NCBI GenBank assembly: GCA_025699025.1
Contig: JAILWJ010000001.1
Span: 536,391-568,390, forward strand
Source: Nitrosarchaeum sp.
Lineage (GTDB): Archaea > Thermoproteota > Nitrososphaeria > Nitrososphaerales > Nitrosopumilaceae
Direction: 5' to 3'
Length of the DNA stretch: 32,000 bases
This document shows positions 1 through 9,563 of the stretch, in pieces. The notes under the pieces were generated by a model, which had not been told where the DNA came from, made no database searches, and saw nothing but the letters and a program-made list of their open reading frames with translations. Every line of letters starts with the position of its first letter. The first letter of the stretch is position 1. The position numbers and the translations under genes are program-made.

Positions 1-50
1 AACGCAAAAGGTTGAACACTTAAATCTAAAATCAATAATTAGAAAACAGA

Positions 51-257
51 ATGTTCGGAGCAGGATTTGCCAATTTCATACAAGGGCAAGAGTGGATATT
101 CATCATAATTATTGCAGTTGTCTTTATCTTTGGCGCAAAGAAGATTCCAGAACTTGCAAAGACACTGGGCAAGGCCAAAGGGGAATTTGAGAAGGGCAAA
201 ATCGAGGGCGAAAAGGAGCTCAAAGACATCAAAGACAAAGAAGCAAAGTCAGACTAG
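51..257 (+). CDS. tatA: Twin-arginine translocase subunit TatA/E
   Basis: 68 aa. One N-terminal hydrophobic helix (WIFIIIIAVVFIFG), then the amphipathic FGAKKIPELAKTLGKAKGEFEKG block and a charged tail. This is the standard TatA/E layout. Confidence 0.75.
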   Translation: MFGAGFANFIQGQEWIFIIIIAVVFIFGAKKIPELAKTLGKAKGEFEKGKIEGEKELKDIKDKEAKSD

Positions 258-682
258 AGTTCAGCAACCCTTGTACATTCAGAGACAATATCAGAATAGT
301 CAGTTTCGATTTTGTGTTTTCCAAACAGATTTGAGATTTTCATACTTCCTTTAAGCTTGAAATCAACATCAACTGTCAATTTTGTAGAATTTGCGATTTG
401 ATCAAACCGCTCCACTATATGAGTGCCTTTGGCATCACCTCCAATGACGAAGACTTCGTGGCGCGAAGGTACCACAGTCACATGTTTTGTCATCATCACC
501 AACTCTCTGTCCCCAAGCATCAGGTGCTCTTCAACAACAGAGACATCGTCTCTGGTGGAAAGGATTCTTACCGACGGGAAATATTTGGGAAAAAGATTTT
601 GATAGTTTGAAAAATTAGTAAAAATCTCAAAGACTTTATCTCTTGGGGAGTTGATAGTTTTTTCAAGACGGAATTTTGGCAA
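254..682 (-). CDS. SRPBCC/START-like (polyketide cyclase/dehydrase-type) small protein
   Basis: 142 aa ORF. The N-terminal pattern EKTINSPRDKVFEIFTNFSNYQNLFP resembles the SRPBCC ligand-binding fold family. Assignment is by motif memory only. Confidence 0.45.
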   Translation of the reverse strand: MPKFRLEKTINSPRDKVFEIFTNFSNYQNLFPKYFPSVRILSTRDDVSVVEEHLMLGDRELVMMTKHVTVVPSRHEVFVIGGDAKGTHIVERFDQIANSTKLTVDVDFKLKGSMKISNLFGKHKIETDYSDIVSECTRVAEL

Positions 683-685
683 CGA

Positions 686-1243
686 CTAGAACGTGCCCCA
701 TCGCGGGTATAAATTGTGCTCCAGATCAAACTGATCAAGGCACTTTCCAACAGCATGATTGACAATGTCATCGATTGATTTTGGTTTGGTGTAAAATTCA
801 GTTACCGGGGGCAAGATGACGACTCCGATTCTAGACAGTTTCAACATGTTCTCCAGATGAATCGGCGACAGCGGGGTTTCCCTCACCATCAGAATTAGTT
901 TTCTTGATTCCTTTATGGTGACACCTGCTGCCCTTGCCACAAGTGTGTCATCGTATCCATTTGCAATTGCAGACAGTGTTTTCATGCTACATGGTGCCAC
1001 AATCATCCCGTCGACTTTGTGTGTGCCACTTGAGACGCTGGATGCCATGTTCCTTTCGTCAGACACATTTGTTGCAAGTGATTTGACATGCTCAATTTGA
1101 TAATCAGTTTCCATGCCAATGCACTTTGTAGCCCACTCAGACATGATAAGATGAGTTTCAACGTTTAGCTTCTTTAGAACTTCAAGCATCCTGATTCCAT
1201 AGATTACGCCAGTGCTTCCGGTTATTCCGACAATCAACCTCAT
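686..1243 (-). CDS. ubiX: Flavin prenyltransferase UbiX (flavoprotein partner of UbiD-type decarboxylases)
   Basis: 185 aa. N-terminal MRLIVGITGSTGVIYGIRMLEVLK flavin-binding motif, then MSEWA and CSMKTLSAIANGYDDTLVARAADV-like blocks typical of UbiX/Pad1. Confidence 0.85.
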   Translation of the reverse strand: MRLIVGITGSTGVIYGIRMLEVLKKLNVETHLIMSEWATKCIGMETDYQIEHVKSLATNVSDERNMASSVSSGTHKVDGMIVAPCSMKTLSAIANGYDDTLVARAAGVTIKESRKLILMVRETPLSPIHLENMLKLSRIGVVILPPVTEFYTKPKSIDDIVNHAVGKCLDQFDLEHNLYPRWGTF

Positions 1244-1307
1244 GAGTAGACTAGACTTTTCACTGTATTTTATCTATTGTACATGGAATGCGATTTATCA
1301 CTAGAAA

Positions 1308-1505
1308 TCAGATGCTTGCAGACTCGTCATTGTGTACATGCTCAGATTCTTGCCTTGCCTTTCTTCGCTTTAGCCACAAAGAGATGCCACCAATAGCCAT
1401 GGCAGACAACAGAATAACACCTGCAAGTTGCAATTCAAAATGATACAGCACGCAAGATGTGTTTTTTCTTTTGAGAAAAATCTTTTGGTCTATCGATCCA
1501 AGCAA
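1308..1505 (-). CDS. Small hypothetical membrane protein
   Basis: 65 aa ORF with one hydrophobic helix (LAGVILLSAMAIGGISLWL) followed by RRKAR. No recognisable family. Confidence 0.3.
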   Translation of the reverse strand: MLGSIDQKIFLKRKNTSCVLYHFELQLAGVILLSAMAIGGISLWLKRRKARQESEHVHNDESASI

Positions 1506-1546
1506 TTGAAAATTAGCTATATTAGATCCCAGTTTCTAGCCAGTAT

Positions 1547-2638
1547 GTGATAAAGAGCTCTGAGATCAAAAAAATCATCAATGATTATTCAGATGTAAAG
1601 ATAGGTGTGCTTGGAAGTCACTCAGCACTTGAAGTGATGGATGGTGCAAAAGAAGAAAACTTTCAGACAGCGGTGTTTTGCCAAAAAGGAAGAGAGGAGC
1701 CGTACAGGAGATTCGGGCGAATCGCAGATGAAATCATAATACTGGACAAATTCAAAGACATGGCATCCCCAAGCATTCAAAAAAAGATCAGAGAATCAAA
1801 TACAATTATTGTTCCGCACAGATCATTGACAGTATACCTTGGATACAAGACCCTTGAGAACTCGTTTAAGGTTCCAATCTTTGGAAACAGGAAATTATTT
1901 CAAGCAGAGGAGAGAACTGCAAAGCGCAATCAGTACTATTTGCTGGAAAAAGCAAGAATAAAGTTCCCCAAACTGTTCAAAAATCCAAAAGACATCAACA
2001 AGCCGTGTATTGTCAAGGTTCAGGAAAAAGACAGGCCTCTTGAAAGGGCGTTCTTTACAGTCTCATCATACAAAGACTATAAAGAAAAATCAGATGCCAA
2101 AATCAAGCAGGGGTTGATTTCAAGAAAAGATCTTGAAAGGGCAAGCATAGAGGAACTGGCAATCGGCACGTACATGAATTTTAATTTCTTTCATACGCCA
2201 ATCTCAGATCATGTTGACTTTATTGGAATCGAAAGAAGGCTGCAGACAAACGTTCATGATTTTAACGCGCTGCCTGCAAGACAGCAAATGGACATTGACA
2301 TTGATTTGCAGAACATAGAGGTAGGACACACGCCTGCAAGCATCAGAGAGTCGCTTCTAGAAAAAGTATTCAAGATGGGAGACAAGTTTGTCGCAGCTGT
2401 AAAAAAGGAATATGCACCCGGGATAATAGGTCCGTTTTCTCTTCAAAGCGTGATCACAAAGGACTTGGAACTGGTCGTATATGACGTATCACTAAGAGTC
2501 CCAGGAAACCCAATAGTGGCCACTACCAGCCCGTACACAAAGTACCAGTACGGCAAAACGTTTGGTGTGGGCAGAAGGATTGCAATGGAGATCAAGCGTG
2601 CACAAGAAGAAGGCAGACTGGATGAAATCGTAACATAG
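1547..2638 (+). CDS. purP: 5-formaminoimidazole-4-carboxamide ribonucleotide (FAICAR) synthetase PurP, archaeal purine biosynthesis
   Basis: 363 aa with a GTG start. The N-terminal IGVLGSHSALEVMDGAKEENFQT block and ATP-grasp-like remainder match archaeal PurP as I remember it. Confidence 0.85.
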   Translation: MIKSSEIKKIINDYSDVKIGVLGSHSALEVMDGAKEENFQTAVFCQKGREEPYRRFGRIADEIIILDKFKDMASPSIQKKIRESNTIIVPHRSLTVYLGYKTLENSFKVPIFGNRKLFQAEERTAKRNQYYLLEKARIKFPKLFKNPKDINKPCIVKVQEKDRPLERAFFTVSSYKDYKEKSDAKIKQGLISRKDLERASIEELAIGTYMNFNFFHTPISDHVDFIGIERRLQTNVHDFNALPARQQMDIDIDLQNIEVGHTPASIRESLLEKVFKMGDKFVAAVKKEYAPGIIGPFSLQSVITKDLELVVYDVSLRVPGNPIVATTSPYTKYQYGKTFGVGRRIAMEIKRAQEEGRLDEIVT

Positions 2639-2908
2639 ATGTGCGACATGGCAAAGTCAGTATACATCAAAGAAATAGTCTTGTCATCAACTGAGCCAAG
2701 ACTGTGCCCCACATGCCAAAAAGAAGACAGGCTGGAAAGGAACATAGTTTACGAGCGGAGGTCAGATGGGAAAACCGTCCTTTGCAGCAGGTGCGAGACG
2801 CTAATAATAGTAACAAATCAAAACCTGAAGCAAGTTGAATTAGAAGGGGTCAAAGACTGCTCAGTCATGCTAAAAGAGCCATACCTAATCAGAAGAATCA
2901 CTTACTAG
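2639..2908 (+). CDS. Small Zn-ribbon protein (hypothetical)
   Basis: 89 aa. Start abuts the purP stop (TAGATG). Two CxxC pairs (CPTC ... CSRC). Confidence 0.45.
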   Translation: MCDMAKSVYIKEIVLSSTEPRLCPTCQKEDRLERNIVYERRSDGKTVLCSRCETLIIVTNQNLKQVELEGVKDCSVMLKEPYLIRRITY

Positions 2909-3155
2909 ACTGCAACTCTTGAATGAGATAAGATCTTACGTGTGCAATTTCCCAGTCCTTTAAATTCGCATTTTTGCATTCTTCTTTGATTATCAATCCG
3001 GCAAGGCCCTTGCTCCAGAAATGGCGCTTTACGTCATATACCTCAATGATGTTTCCATGCTTTTTTAGCTGGATGCTTCCATGGCACCGCTTGATTATTG
3101 CAGAGGCGACATTCTGGTATAATTTTTCAAGTTTGGCCATGCATAATGCCAGCAA
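2898..3155 (-). CDS. Hypothetical protein
   Basis: 85 aa ORF that fills the gap between flanking genes. No family recognised. Confidence 0.3.
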   Translation of the reverse strand: MLALCMAKLEKLYQNVASAIIKRCHGSIQLKKHGNIIEVYDVKRHFWSKGLAGLIIKEECKNANLKDWEIAHVRSYLIQELQSSK

Positions 3156-3298
3156 AACCTCACGAAAAAAGGTTCGCTTGGGAAATATAACCTAGGACTT
3201 GAACATCAATATAACAAAGAGGAATAAACCAAAAGCGCTGATGATTAATCAAAAAGCTATGTCTGAAAAATGATGAGTTTGCCGAATTATGAAGCATC

Positions 3299-3895
3299 AT
3301 GGAATTAATTAAACAAGGGTTGTACTCGATAGGGATGGAGGATTCAGAAAAGGCAAAAAATGCAAGAGACTTTGCACAAGAAAAACACAAAAACCAGAAA
3401 AGAGGCGACGGAGCCACGTCACACTTTGATCATTTGGAGGGCGTGGTGTACAGATTAAAGAGCATCGGCATCACTGACTCTAATGTAATTTGTGCTGCAT
3501 GGCTTCATGACATACTGGAAAAGACAGACGTGACATTAGATGAAATCATTCAGAGGTTTGGAAAAGAAGTAGCAGTTCTGGTTCTCTCGCTAACAAAAAG
3601 CAAAGACATTCCAAAAAAAGACATCGAGTCCCAGTACATCAAACAGCTAAGCGAATCTTCAATTGAGGCAAAAATAATCAAGTTGTGTGACATATCATCG
3701 AACATCAAAGACATATCAAATTCGACGTTGTCAAAGACGCAAAAAAACAAAAAGATTAGAAAAATTCTGCACTACCTAAAGGTGATCAGAAAAGACATTG
3801 CTGGAAAAAAATCAGAGCACCCAAAGATACAAGAGATCATAGACGGGATTAACTCAGTGTTGACAAAGATAAAGCAACCGACAATCACCATTTAA
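3299..3895 (+). CDS. HD-domain metal-dependent phosphohydrolase (SpoT/RelA-hydrolase-like HD_4 type)
   Basis: 198 aa. Blocks H..QKRGDGATSHFDHLEGV and AAWLHDILEKTDVTLDEIIQRFGKEVAVLVLSLTK give the H...HD...D pattern of (p)ppGpp-hydrolase-like HD domains. Confidence 0.7.
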   Translation: MELIKQGLYSIGMEDSEKAKNARDFAQEKHKNQKRGDGATSHFDHLEGVVYRLKSIGITDSNVICAAWLHDILEKTDVTLDEIIQRFGKEVAVLVLSLTKSKDIPKKDIESQYIKQLSESSIEAKIIKLCDISSNIKDISNSTLSKTQKNKKIRKILHYLKVIRKDIAGKKSEHPKIQEIIDGINSVLTKIKQPTITI

Positions 3896-3936
3896 TTCCG
3901 GACTGGAAAGTCCCAAAGATAGATAGTCAGTGATGA

Positions 3937-4152
3937 TCAACTGTGATGCTCATGGCCACAGTCGCATTGGTTCTCATGGCCATTAGAAGACATTAGTTTC
4001 TCAACCATGTCGTCACGCACCTTAAGCAAGTCTCCAATCTGTTGCTTTAAAGAACCAGAATCCCAATTTTCTTGTTGCAAGTCCCTTACTGTGTCAATGA
4101 TTTCAAGGTCTATGTTTAGAAGGTTGTCCATTAGCTGTTCCTGTTCGTTCAT
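3937..4152 (-). CDS. Hypothetical small acidic protein with C-terminal Cys/His cluster
   Basis: 71 aa. The C-terminus HENQCDCGHEHHS suggests metal binding. No family recognised. Confidence 0.4.
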   Translation of the reverse strand: MNEQEQLMDNLLNIDLEIIDTVRDLQQENWDSGSLKQQIGDLLKVRDDMVEKLMSSNGHENQCDCGHEHHS

Positions 4153-4198
4153 GATTAGTTACAAATGCACTCTGAAAAAAACCATTCTATTGAAACTG

Positions 4199-4624
4199 CT
4201 AGGCTTCCATGCTTTCCTTTAGGAGGTTTTTTCTAACCAATATCGGAATGTTGTAAAATGCCCCCAATGCCATTGCATCAGAAGCGCGATAGTTTCGCAA
4301 TACCATGTCTTTTTTTCCTGTAAAGTACAGATTTGCCCGCAAGACTTCGCCGCTTTCATAAATTTTCACCTTGACAAGAAACATTTCATTCTCCTCGCAG
4401 ATCTCCTCGATCATTTTGTAGATAGAAGGCACTGAATCACGTGCACTCTCATTAAAACTTGAGATGTGACGCGCCACCTCGCCAGAAAATGCCCTCATGT
4501 GAAATTCCCTGCCATCTGCGGATTTTAAAACAACCATGCCTTCGACAGCATACGGATCCACAAACCCAACATAATCGATTTTTACGGATTCATAGTCGGG
4601 CTCTTGTGCTTGATTGATTTCCAT
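4199..4624 (-). CDS. Bifunctional nuclease family (DUF151) protein
   Basis: 141 aa. The pattern VKIDYVGFVDPYAVEGMVVLKSADGREFHMRAFSGEVARHISSF ... VPSIYKMIEEI matches the DUF151/BFN layout. Confidence 0.55.
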   Translation of the reverse strand: MEINQAQEPDYESVKIDYVGFVDPYAVEGMVVLKSADGREFHMRAFSGEVARHISSFNESARDSVPSIYKMIEEICEENEMFLVKVKIYESGEVLRANLYFTGKKDMVLRNYRASDAMALGAFYNIPILVRKNLLKESMEA

Positions 4625-4760
4625 TTCTACGCATCAAGTACTAGTTTTATGCTTATAAAGATACTAAAGCAATTTGGTTGAATTTGTGTTAATTTTTTTA
4701 AAACGATCATAATTGAAACAAAAACCCAAATTATTTAAAATCAACAGCCAAGAATATTTC

Positions 4761-6575
4761 ATGTCAACCAATCCAGAACGATCCGTATCATACGTTCTGA
4801 CAAAGTACGTTACAGTGTATATGAGCAAGGACATTCTGCTGTTGGATCAGCACACCTCAACCAGGGAGGCAGCACGAATGCTCAGGCATCATGAAACTGA
4901 CGACATAATTGTAATGGATGATAATAAGCAGCCAATAGGGATAGTCACCGACGAGGACATTTTAAGCAAGGTTAGCGATGTGACGGTTTTTGCAGAGACC
5001 ACAGACTTGAAAGACATCATGAGTACGCCACTGATAACAATCAATGAAAAAGCCACACTTCAGGAAGCCCTTCACAAGATGAGGGACAACAACATAAGAA
5101 AGCTTCCAGTTGTTTCCAAAAAGAACGAGGTACTTGGGATGATATTTCAGTCAACCATTGCAGATGTCATACGAGACGCCACTGCAATGCCATCAAGATT
5201 GCTCAGCCCTCCAGTAAAGGCAATACTTGGCAACTTGGGGTTTGTACTACAGTTTGCAGGGGTTTTGCTGATTGTACCTGCAGTTTTAGCCACAATTCTT
5301 AACGAGACGGCTACTGCCACAGGAATTTATCTTACAACTGTTCTCTTGTTGGTCACCGGGTTTTTTCTGAATTCATACGGTGAAAAAGCCAGCTTAAACT
5401 TGCACCAGGCATCGATACTGGTATTTTCCAGCTTGTTCTTGCTGACATTGTTTGGTACGATTCCGTATCTGTACGTCAGTTCTGGCGAGGAGACAAATGT
5501 AGAGGCGTTTGCAAATGCGTTTTTTTCAAGTGCTGCCGGATTCACAACTGGAGGCATATCCATAATCGACGAGCCTGAAAACCTGCCACAGAGCTTTACG
5601 TTCTATCGAAGCTTTACGCAGCTAGTTGGAGGAATGAGTTTCATCTATTTGGTCATCACGGCATTTTATCCAGAGTCAAAGCTGCAGTCAATGCGCGGTT
5701 TTATTTCAGGAAGAACGCTGCACATGAGGGAATTGTTTGGGACAATCACGGTAATCTTCACAATATACATTGTAATCATTGCACTGCTGCTGTATTTCTT
5801 TGGAGAGCAGAACATGATTGACAACTTTTCTTTGGCAATGAGTACTATTGCTACTGGAGGGTTTTTGCCAAACTCTACGATTCTTGATGGCATGGTATGG
5901 CAGGAGCACGTAATCTTGATGGCAGGCATGATTCTAGGTGCGTTGCCATTTACTTTTCACTATGCGTTTGTGAGAAAGAAATTTCTTGCGCCAAAGCTTG
6001 GAAGAGAGGTAATCACATACTTTGCAATACTGAGTGGAGCTACTCTGTTGTTTGTAGGAGTCAGCGGATTAGACCCCTTTAGCAGTGTGTTTTATTCAAT
6101 ATCAGCAAGCAGTACGGCAGGGCTGCAGCAAAACAGTCTGGAAGGGCTGAATTCAGCAGCCCATACAATACTGATCATTTTGATGGTCATAGGTGGGTGT
6201 GGGTTTTCCACTGCTGGAGGCATCAAAATTTTCAGGCTGATACACCTGAAGGATTTGAGAAAATACTGGAACAAGGCGACGCGAATGGAGTTGCAACCAC
6301 ACACCAGAAAGGAGATCAAATCGACAATCATCATTATTGCGCTACTACCACTAATTGCATCAATTACTGCTGTCCACCTATCTGCAGCAGAAGATGTCTC
6401 ATACGAGAATGCTTTCTTTGAGTCAATTGCAATAATTACCACTGCTGGATTGACTGCGGACGTGATTGATGCAGATACAGACCCGACAACAAAGATAGTA
6501 CTAAGCTTTCTTATGATCTTTGGAAGGCTGGAGATCATAGCCATAATCTACATCTTTGTTCCAAGACTGGGCTAG
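4761..6575 (+). CDS. trkH: Trk/Ktr-type K+ transporter membrane subunit (TrkH family) with N-terminal CBS-pair domain
   Basis: An ATG at 4761 is preferred over the TTG at 4713. The N-terminal ~150 aa look like tandem CBS domains (IIVMDDNKQPIGIVTDEDIL ... KLPVVSKKNEVLGMIFQSTI). Four pore-loop-like glycine motifs follow (AAGFTTGGIS, IATGGFLPNS, GGCGFSTAGGIK, ITTAGLTAD), typical of TrkH/KtrB. Confidence 0.75.
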   Translation: MSTNPERSVSYVLTKYVTVYMSKDILLLDQHTSTREAARMLRHHETDDIIVMDDNKQPIGIVTDEDILSKVSDVTVFAETTDLKDIMSTPLITINEKATLQEALHKMRDNNIRKLPVVSKKNEVLGMIFQSTIADVIRDATAMPSRLLSPPVKAILGNLGFVLQFAGVLLIVPAVLATILNETATATGIYLTTVLLLVTGFFLNSYGEKASLNLHQASILVFSSLFLLTLFGTIPYLYVSSGEETNVEAFANAFFSSAAGFTTGGISIIDEPENLPQSFTFYRSFTQLVGGMSFIYLVITAFYPESKLQSMRGFISGRTLHMRELFGTITVIFTIYIVIIALLLYFFGEQNMIDNFSLAMSTIATGGFLPNSTILDGMVWQEHVILMAGMILGALPFTFHYAFVRKKFLAPKLGREVITYFAILSGATLLFVGVSGLDPFSSVFYSISASSTAGLQQNSLEGLNSAAHTILIILMVIGGCGFSTAGGIKIFRLIHLKDLRKYWNKATRMELQPHTRKEIKSTIIIIALLPLIASITAVHLSAAEDVSYENAFFESIAIITTAGLTADVIDADTDPTTKIVLSFLMIFGRLEIIAIIYIFVPRLG

Positions 6576-6620
6576 CATTAACAAGAATAGAATTTAATTC
6601 GTCGATTTTTTACTCACAGC

Positions 6621-7448
6621 ATGGAAGAGGGGGCTGTCAAAAGAGGTCAGAACGGCAAGCGGCTAATCATGATTGGGTTTGTGGCAATTGCGGTTCTGTT
6701 TGTAATGTATTCAAGGTATCAAGACCCCGAGCTAATCACACCAGGAGCATTTGATTCGATTCAGAGAATTGCAAACGGATTCTATGTTATAATGCTGGCA
6801 TCCATAGGTGCAATAACATATGGAATCTATCTTTTTCACAAATACAAGGTAGAGAAAAAGGGCAAAGACCTGCTATCAATAATTGCACTCACCACATGGA
6901 ATTCAAAATCAAGAAAAATATTTCTTGCCGTTTTTATCGGATATGGTGTCTTCTTTTCATTGGCATCAGGAACGCTTGTGTACCAGCCCGAAGTAAATTT
7001 TGTGACCCATTACGGGGCAACCATCCCATCAGGGTTCATTGCGCCTTGCTGTGATCAGCCAGGATACATGCCAAAGGTCATCATATACTTGACTGAGCAT
7101 GTGGGATTGCAAATAATTCCAATCAACCTGCTTTTGCAGATAATCGTATCTTATCTGGTGGGGCTAAACTCATCCATAGCAATTAGCGCATACGCAATTT
7201 CAAAAAAAGAGAGAGGTGCAAGTACAGTAGGGGCAGCTGCAGGGCTGTTCATAGCATGCCCGACTTGTGCTGGCACGTTCCTGTCAGTTTTTGTGGGCAC
7301 TGCAAGCGGGATTGCGCTATCTGTTGCGCTTGCGCAGCTGCAGACGCTGTTTATTGCAGTATCGATTCCAATACTGGTAGCAACGCCGTTTATCATGGCA
7401 AAAAAACTGCAAAATGCAGACGGAAGCTGCAAGGTAAATGTCAATTGA
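6621..7448 (+). CDS. Polytopic membrane protein with CC and CPTC motifs (hypothetical)
   Basis: 275 aa with about 6 hydrophobic segments. Cysteine motifs APCCDQPG and ACPTCAG are present. No family recognised. Confidence 0.5.
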   Translation: MEEGAVKRGQNGKRLIMIGFVAIAVLFVMYSRYQDPELITPGAFDSIQRIANGFYVIMLASIGAITYGIYLFHKYKVEKKGKDLLSIIALTTWNSKSRKIFLAVFIGYGVFFSLASGTLVYQPEVNFVTHYGATIPSGFIAPCCDQPGYMPKVIIYLTEHVGLQIIPINLLLQIIVSYLVGLNSSIAISAYAISKKERGASTVGAAAGLFIACPTCAGTFLSVFVGTASGIALSVALAQLQTLFIAVSIPILVATPFIMAKKLQNADGSCKVNVN

Positions 7449-7761
7449 GAAATTTTTTAACTTCAGGCACTTTGTGGTTGCCTATGTCATATCCGTCTCG
7501 GCGTAAGAATTTCAGGGTAAGTTTGTAGATTAGCTCATCATGGTCGACCTGCTCTAAGATTTCCGTCCAAAGAACTTTTCCCCGCTTTTCAATCTGCCTT
7601 TTGAAATCCGGATTTTTTGCCTCGGCAATGTCTCGGCACTGATCAAAAGTCTTTCCGTTTTTGTAAGCCCTGACGCGCCTATCACAACTATCCATATGAG
7701 AAAGACACAGTATTTCTAAATAAATCAGATCATCCAAAAAGCAAACACATGATGCAACCAC
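7441..7761 (-). CDS. Hypothetical protein
   Basis: 106 aa ORF. The true start may be the internal Met at MDSCDRR. Confidence 0.4.
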   Translation of the reverse strand: MVASCVCFLDDLIYLEILCLSHMDSCDRRVRAYKNGKTFDQCRDIAEAKNPDFKRQIEKRGKVLWTEILEQVDHDELIYKLTLKFLRRDGYDIGNHKVPEVKKFLN

Positions 7762-7817
7762 ATCGTACAGACATCATATCTCATACAAGTCAAATACAAG
7801 TTAATACAAAAATCAGC

Positions 7818-8048
7818 ATGGGGATAAGGACGGGTACAGATTATGTCAGATTCTACCTGAATCTGGAGATGAAAGACGTAAGCCTGATTAGTTTTGTAAA
7901 CAATGAAAAGATGGTTCTAAAAAGCAAGATGGAAAACAAAAATTTGAACAAGTCAAGGCTGCAAGAGGGGATTGCAATTCTAGAGCAGCTGTCACAGGAG
8001 ATCAGCCAGATTGGAGAAAAAGGAGTGCTGGAAAGATATGGAGCATGA
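7818..8048 (+). CDS. Hypothetical small protein (start uncertain)
   Basis: The ORF is open from 7749, but its 5' end overlaps the divergent gene, so the internal ATG at 7818 is chosen. The stop overlaps the start of the next gene (ATGGAGCATGA). Confidence 0.3.
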   Translation: MGIRTGTDYVRFYLNLEMKDVSLISFVNNEKMVLKSKMENKNLNKSRLQEGIAILEQLSQEISQIGEKGVLERYGA

Positions 8049-8604
8049 CTCAGAGATAATACGAACGGAAATAATTCGGGTTTTAAATGAGAATGGAAAG
8101 ACAAGAGGCTCTGAATTGCTCAGCAGGGTGCTCAAAAAAGCAGGAAACGAGAAAATGATCTACAGGGAGATAAGCTCCCTGGTAGAGTCAGGGCAAGTGG
8201 AAAAGAGGATTCACAGCAAGTCACACATCGAGTACGAGTTGATCAATCTCTCCGAATCTGTAAACAACCAGCTAAAGAGCCTGCATAATGAATTGGAGTC
8301 GCACCTAAACCAGCTTGCGATATTTCAAAAGGAGTCAGAGCAGGCCCGCATCAGCCACCATCAAAGGATTAGAACCGTCATTCATTTTATCCACGTGGTG
8401 CAGTCAGTTGAGGGCATCATGAAGCTGCTTTCATACTATCCGACATTTAAAAAAGACAAGATGTTCTCGCAGATCAACAGGAAGACTGGGGATTATTGGG
8501 AAAAGATCATGGACTTTATCAGTCACCAGGCAGAGGAGGAATTCTTCAATGACGTGCTTTCCACCATCAGAATAACGCAGATAAATTCAGAGAACGTCAA
8601 CTAG
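8038..8604 (+). CDS. Putative winged-helix DNA-binding protein
   Basis: About 188 aa from the ATG at 8038. The N-terminus IIRTEIIRVLNENGKTRGSELLSRVLKKAGNEKMIYREISSLVESGQVEK looks like a wHTH. Size and layout are similar to the ORF at 15067-15645. Confidence 0.5.
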   Translation: MEHDSEIIRTEIIRVLNENGKTRGSELLSRVLKKAGNEKMIYREISSLVESGQVEKRIHSKSHIEYELINLSESVNNQLKSLHNELESHLNQLAIFQKESEQARISHHQRIRTVIHFIHVVQSVEGIMKLLSYYPTFKKDKMFSQINRKTGDYWEKIMDFISHQAEEEFFNDVLSTIRITQINSENVN

Positions 8605-8900
8605 GAACAGTTGACAATTTTTACAAGATAGATGGGCCTGTCTGCCTTGTGCTCGTAGACAAATTCAGATATCTGGACATTTTTTATCCTCTTGTCTGTG
8701 AAAAAGTGGACGTATGCGCGATTGTCTGCAGTCAATAGTTCGCAGCAGTTATCCATGCAGAAGGTCGCCAGGTTTTCGTCATACTCGCGCTGCTTCAAGT
8801 CTTCTCCAACTATAAAGATCTCATCGTATTTTTGCAGCAGAGATTTGCTATCCTCGTTTGCAAGCCATTTGCAGTTCTGATCAATTAGGACATTTGCCAC
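8601..8900 (-). CDS. Hypothetical protein (possible PIN/Mut7-C-like fold)
   Basis: 99 aa. The pattern VLIDQN ... DE ... ELLTADNRAY is reminiscent of small PIN-like domains. Weak evidence. Confidence 0.35.
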   Translation of the reverse strand: MANVLIDQNCKWLANEDSKSLLQKYDEIFIVGEDLKQREYDENLATFCMDNCCELLTADNRAYVHFFTDKRIKNVQISEFVYEHKADRPIYLVKIVNCS

Positions 8901-8994
8901 GATATTGATTGTACGAATCCGGATATTTAGTTCATTATTTTATCTAAAAAAACTAAAAACATCATTATATTTTTCAAAATGCGCATACTTGTAA

Positions 8995-9201
8995 ATGATA
9001 AAACCAGGCGAGAAGAACCACAACAAGCATTTGGACATGCTGCAAGACTACAAGAACTACCTTGTCAGGTATATCCACGAGCTGGAAAAGATGGACAACA
9101 CGTCAGAGTTTGCCAAAAGATGGAATGAAAATACAATCAAGGAGAGAAGGGAAGAGGTAGAAGTGATCAGCAAAATAATCAAAAACCTGATCAGATTTTA
9201 A
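8995..9201 (+). CDS. Hypothetical small protein
   Basis: 68 aa charged ORF in an otherwise empty interval. Confidence 0.35.
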   Translation: MIKPGEKNHNKHLDMLQDYKNYLVRYIHELEKMDNTSEFAKRWNENTIKERREEVEVISKIIKNLIRF

Positions 9202-9557
9202 ACCATCATGTGATATTTTTGGGACAGATCATACAAGGATTCACAAAATGCAGCCAGCCGGGCAGGAACAACGCCATCGACCCAGGAGAGTTCCTTGTCA
9301 ACAGAGTAAGAGGCAAGGCTTGCTTTTGGGTTTGGTTTTAGGTGCCTGGTTTCATCCTCAAATAGGTTCTTTAGATGTTCCAGTCCCTCTTCGGAGAAGA
9401 CATAGTCGCATGGCATCAGGTCGATTTGGACGTGGTAGTAGCCGTTGGCAGGATTGATCTTTGCCTTGATGAACGGCTGGTTGCTCTGGGTGCACTCGCG
9501 GTAATGCCTGTCATACTCGAACATCTTAGAGTCGGCAATGTATTTTTTATGTGGCAT
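9198..9557 (-). CDS. Hypothetical protein
   Basis: 119 aa ORF with non-repetitive composition. The overlapping plus-strand ORFs look spurious. Confidence 0.5.
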   Translation of the reverse strand: MPHKKYIADSKMFEYDRHYRECTQSNQPFIKAKINPANGYYHVQIDLMPCDYVFSEEGLEHLKNLFEDETRHLKPNPKASLASYSVDKELSWVDGVVPARLAAFCESLYDLSQKYHMMV

Positions 9558-9563
9558 TTGTGT

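Noticed and set aside
3160-3417. 85-aa minus-strand ORF upstream of and overlapping the HD-domain gene start.
   Set aside because: It overlaps the 5' end of a well-supported gene on the other strand. Its composition is Phe/Ser/Leu-rich, so it is probably the promoter region of the HD gene.
5327-6544. Several antisense ORFs within the TrkH gene (5327-5563, 5666-5929, 6092-6544 and others).
   Set aside because: The sense strand encodes a protein with four recognisable pore-loop motifs, so the antisense frames are shadows.
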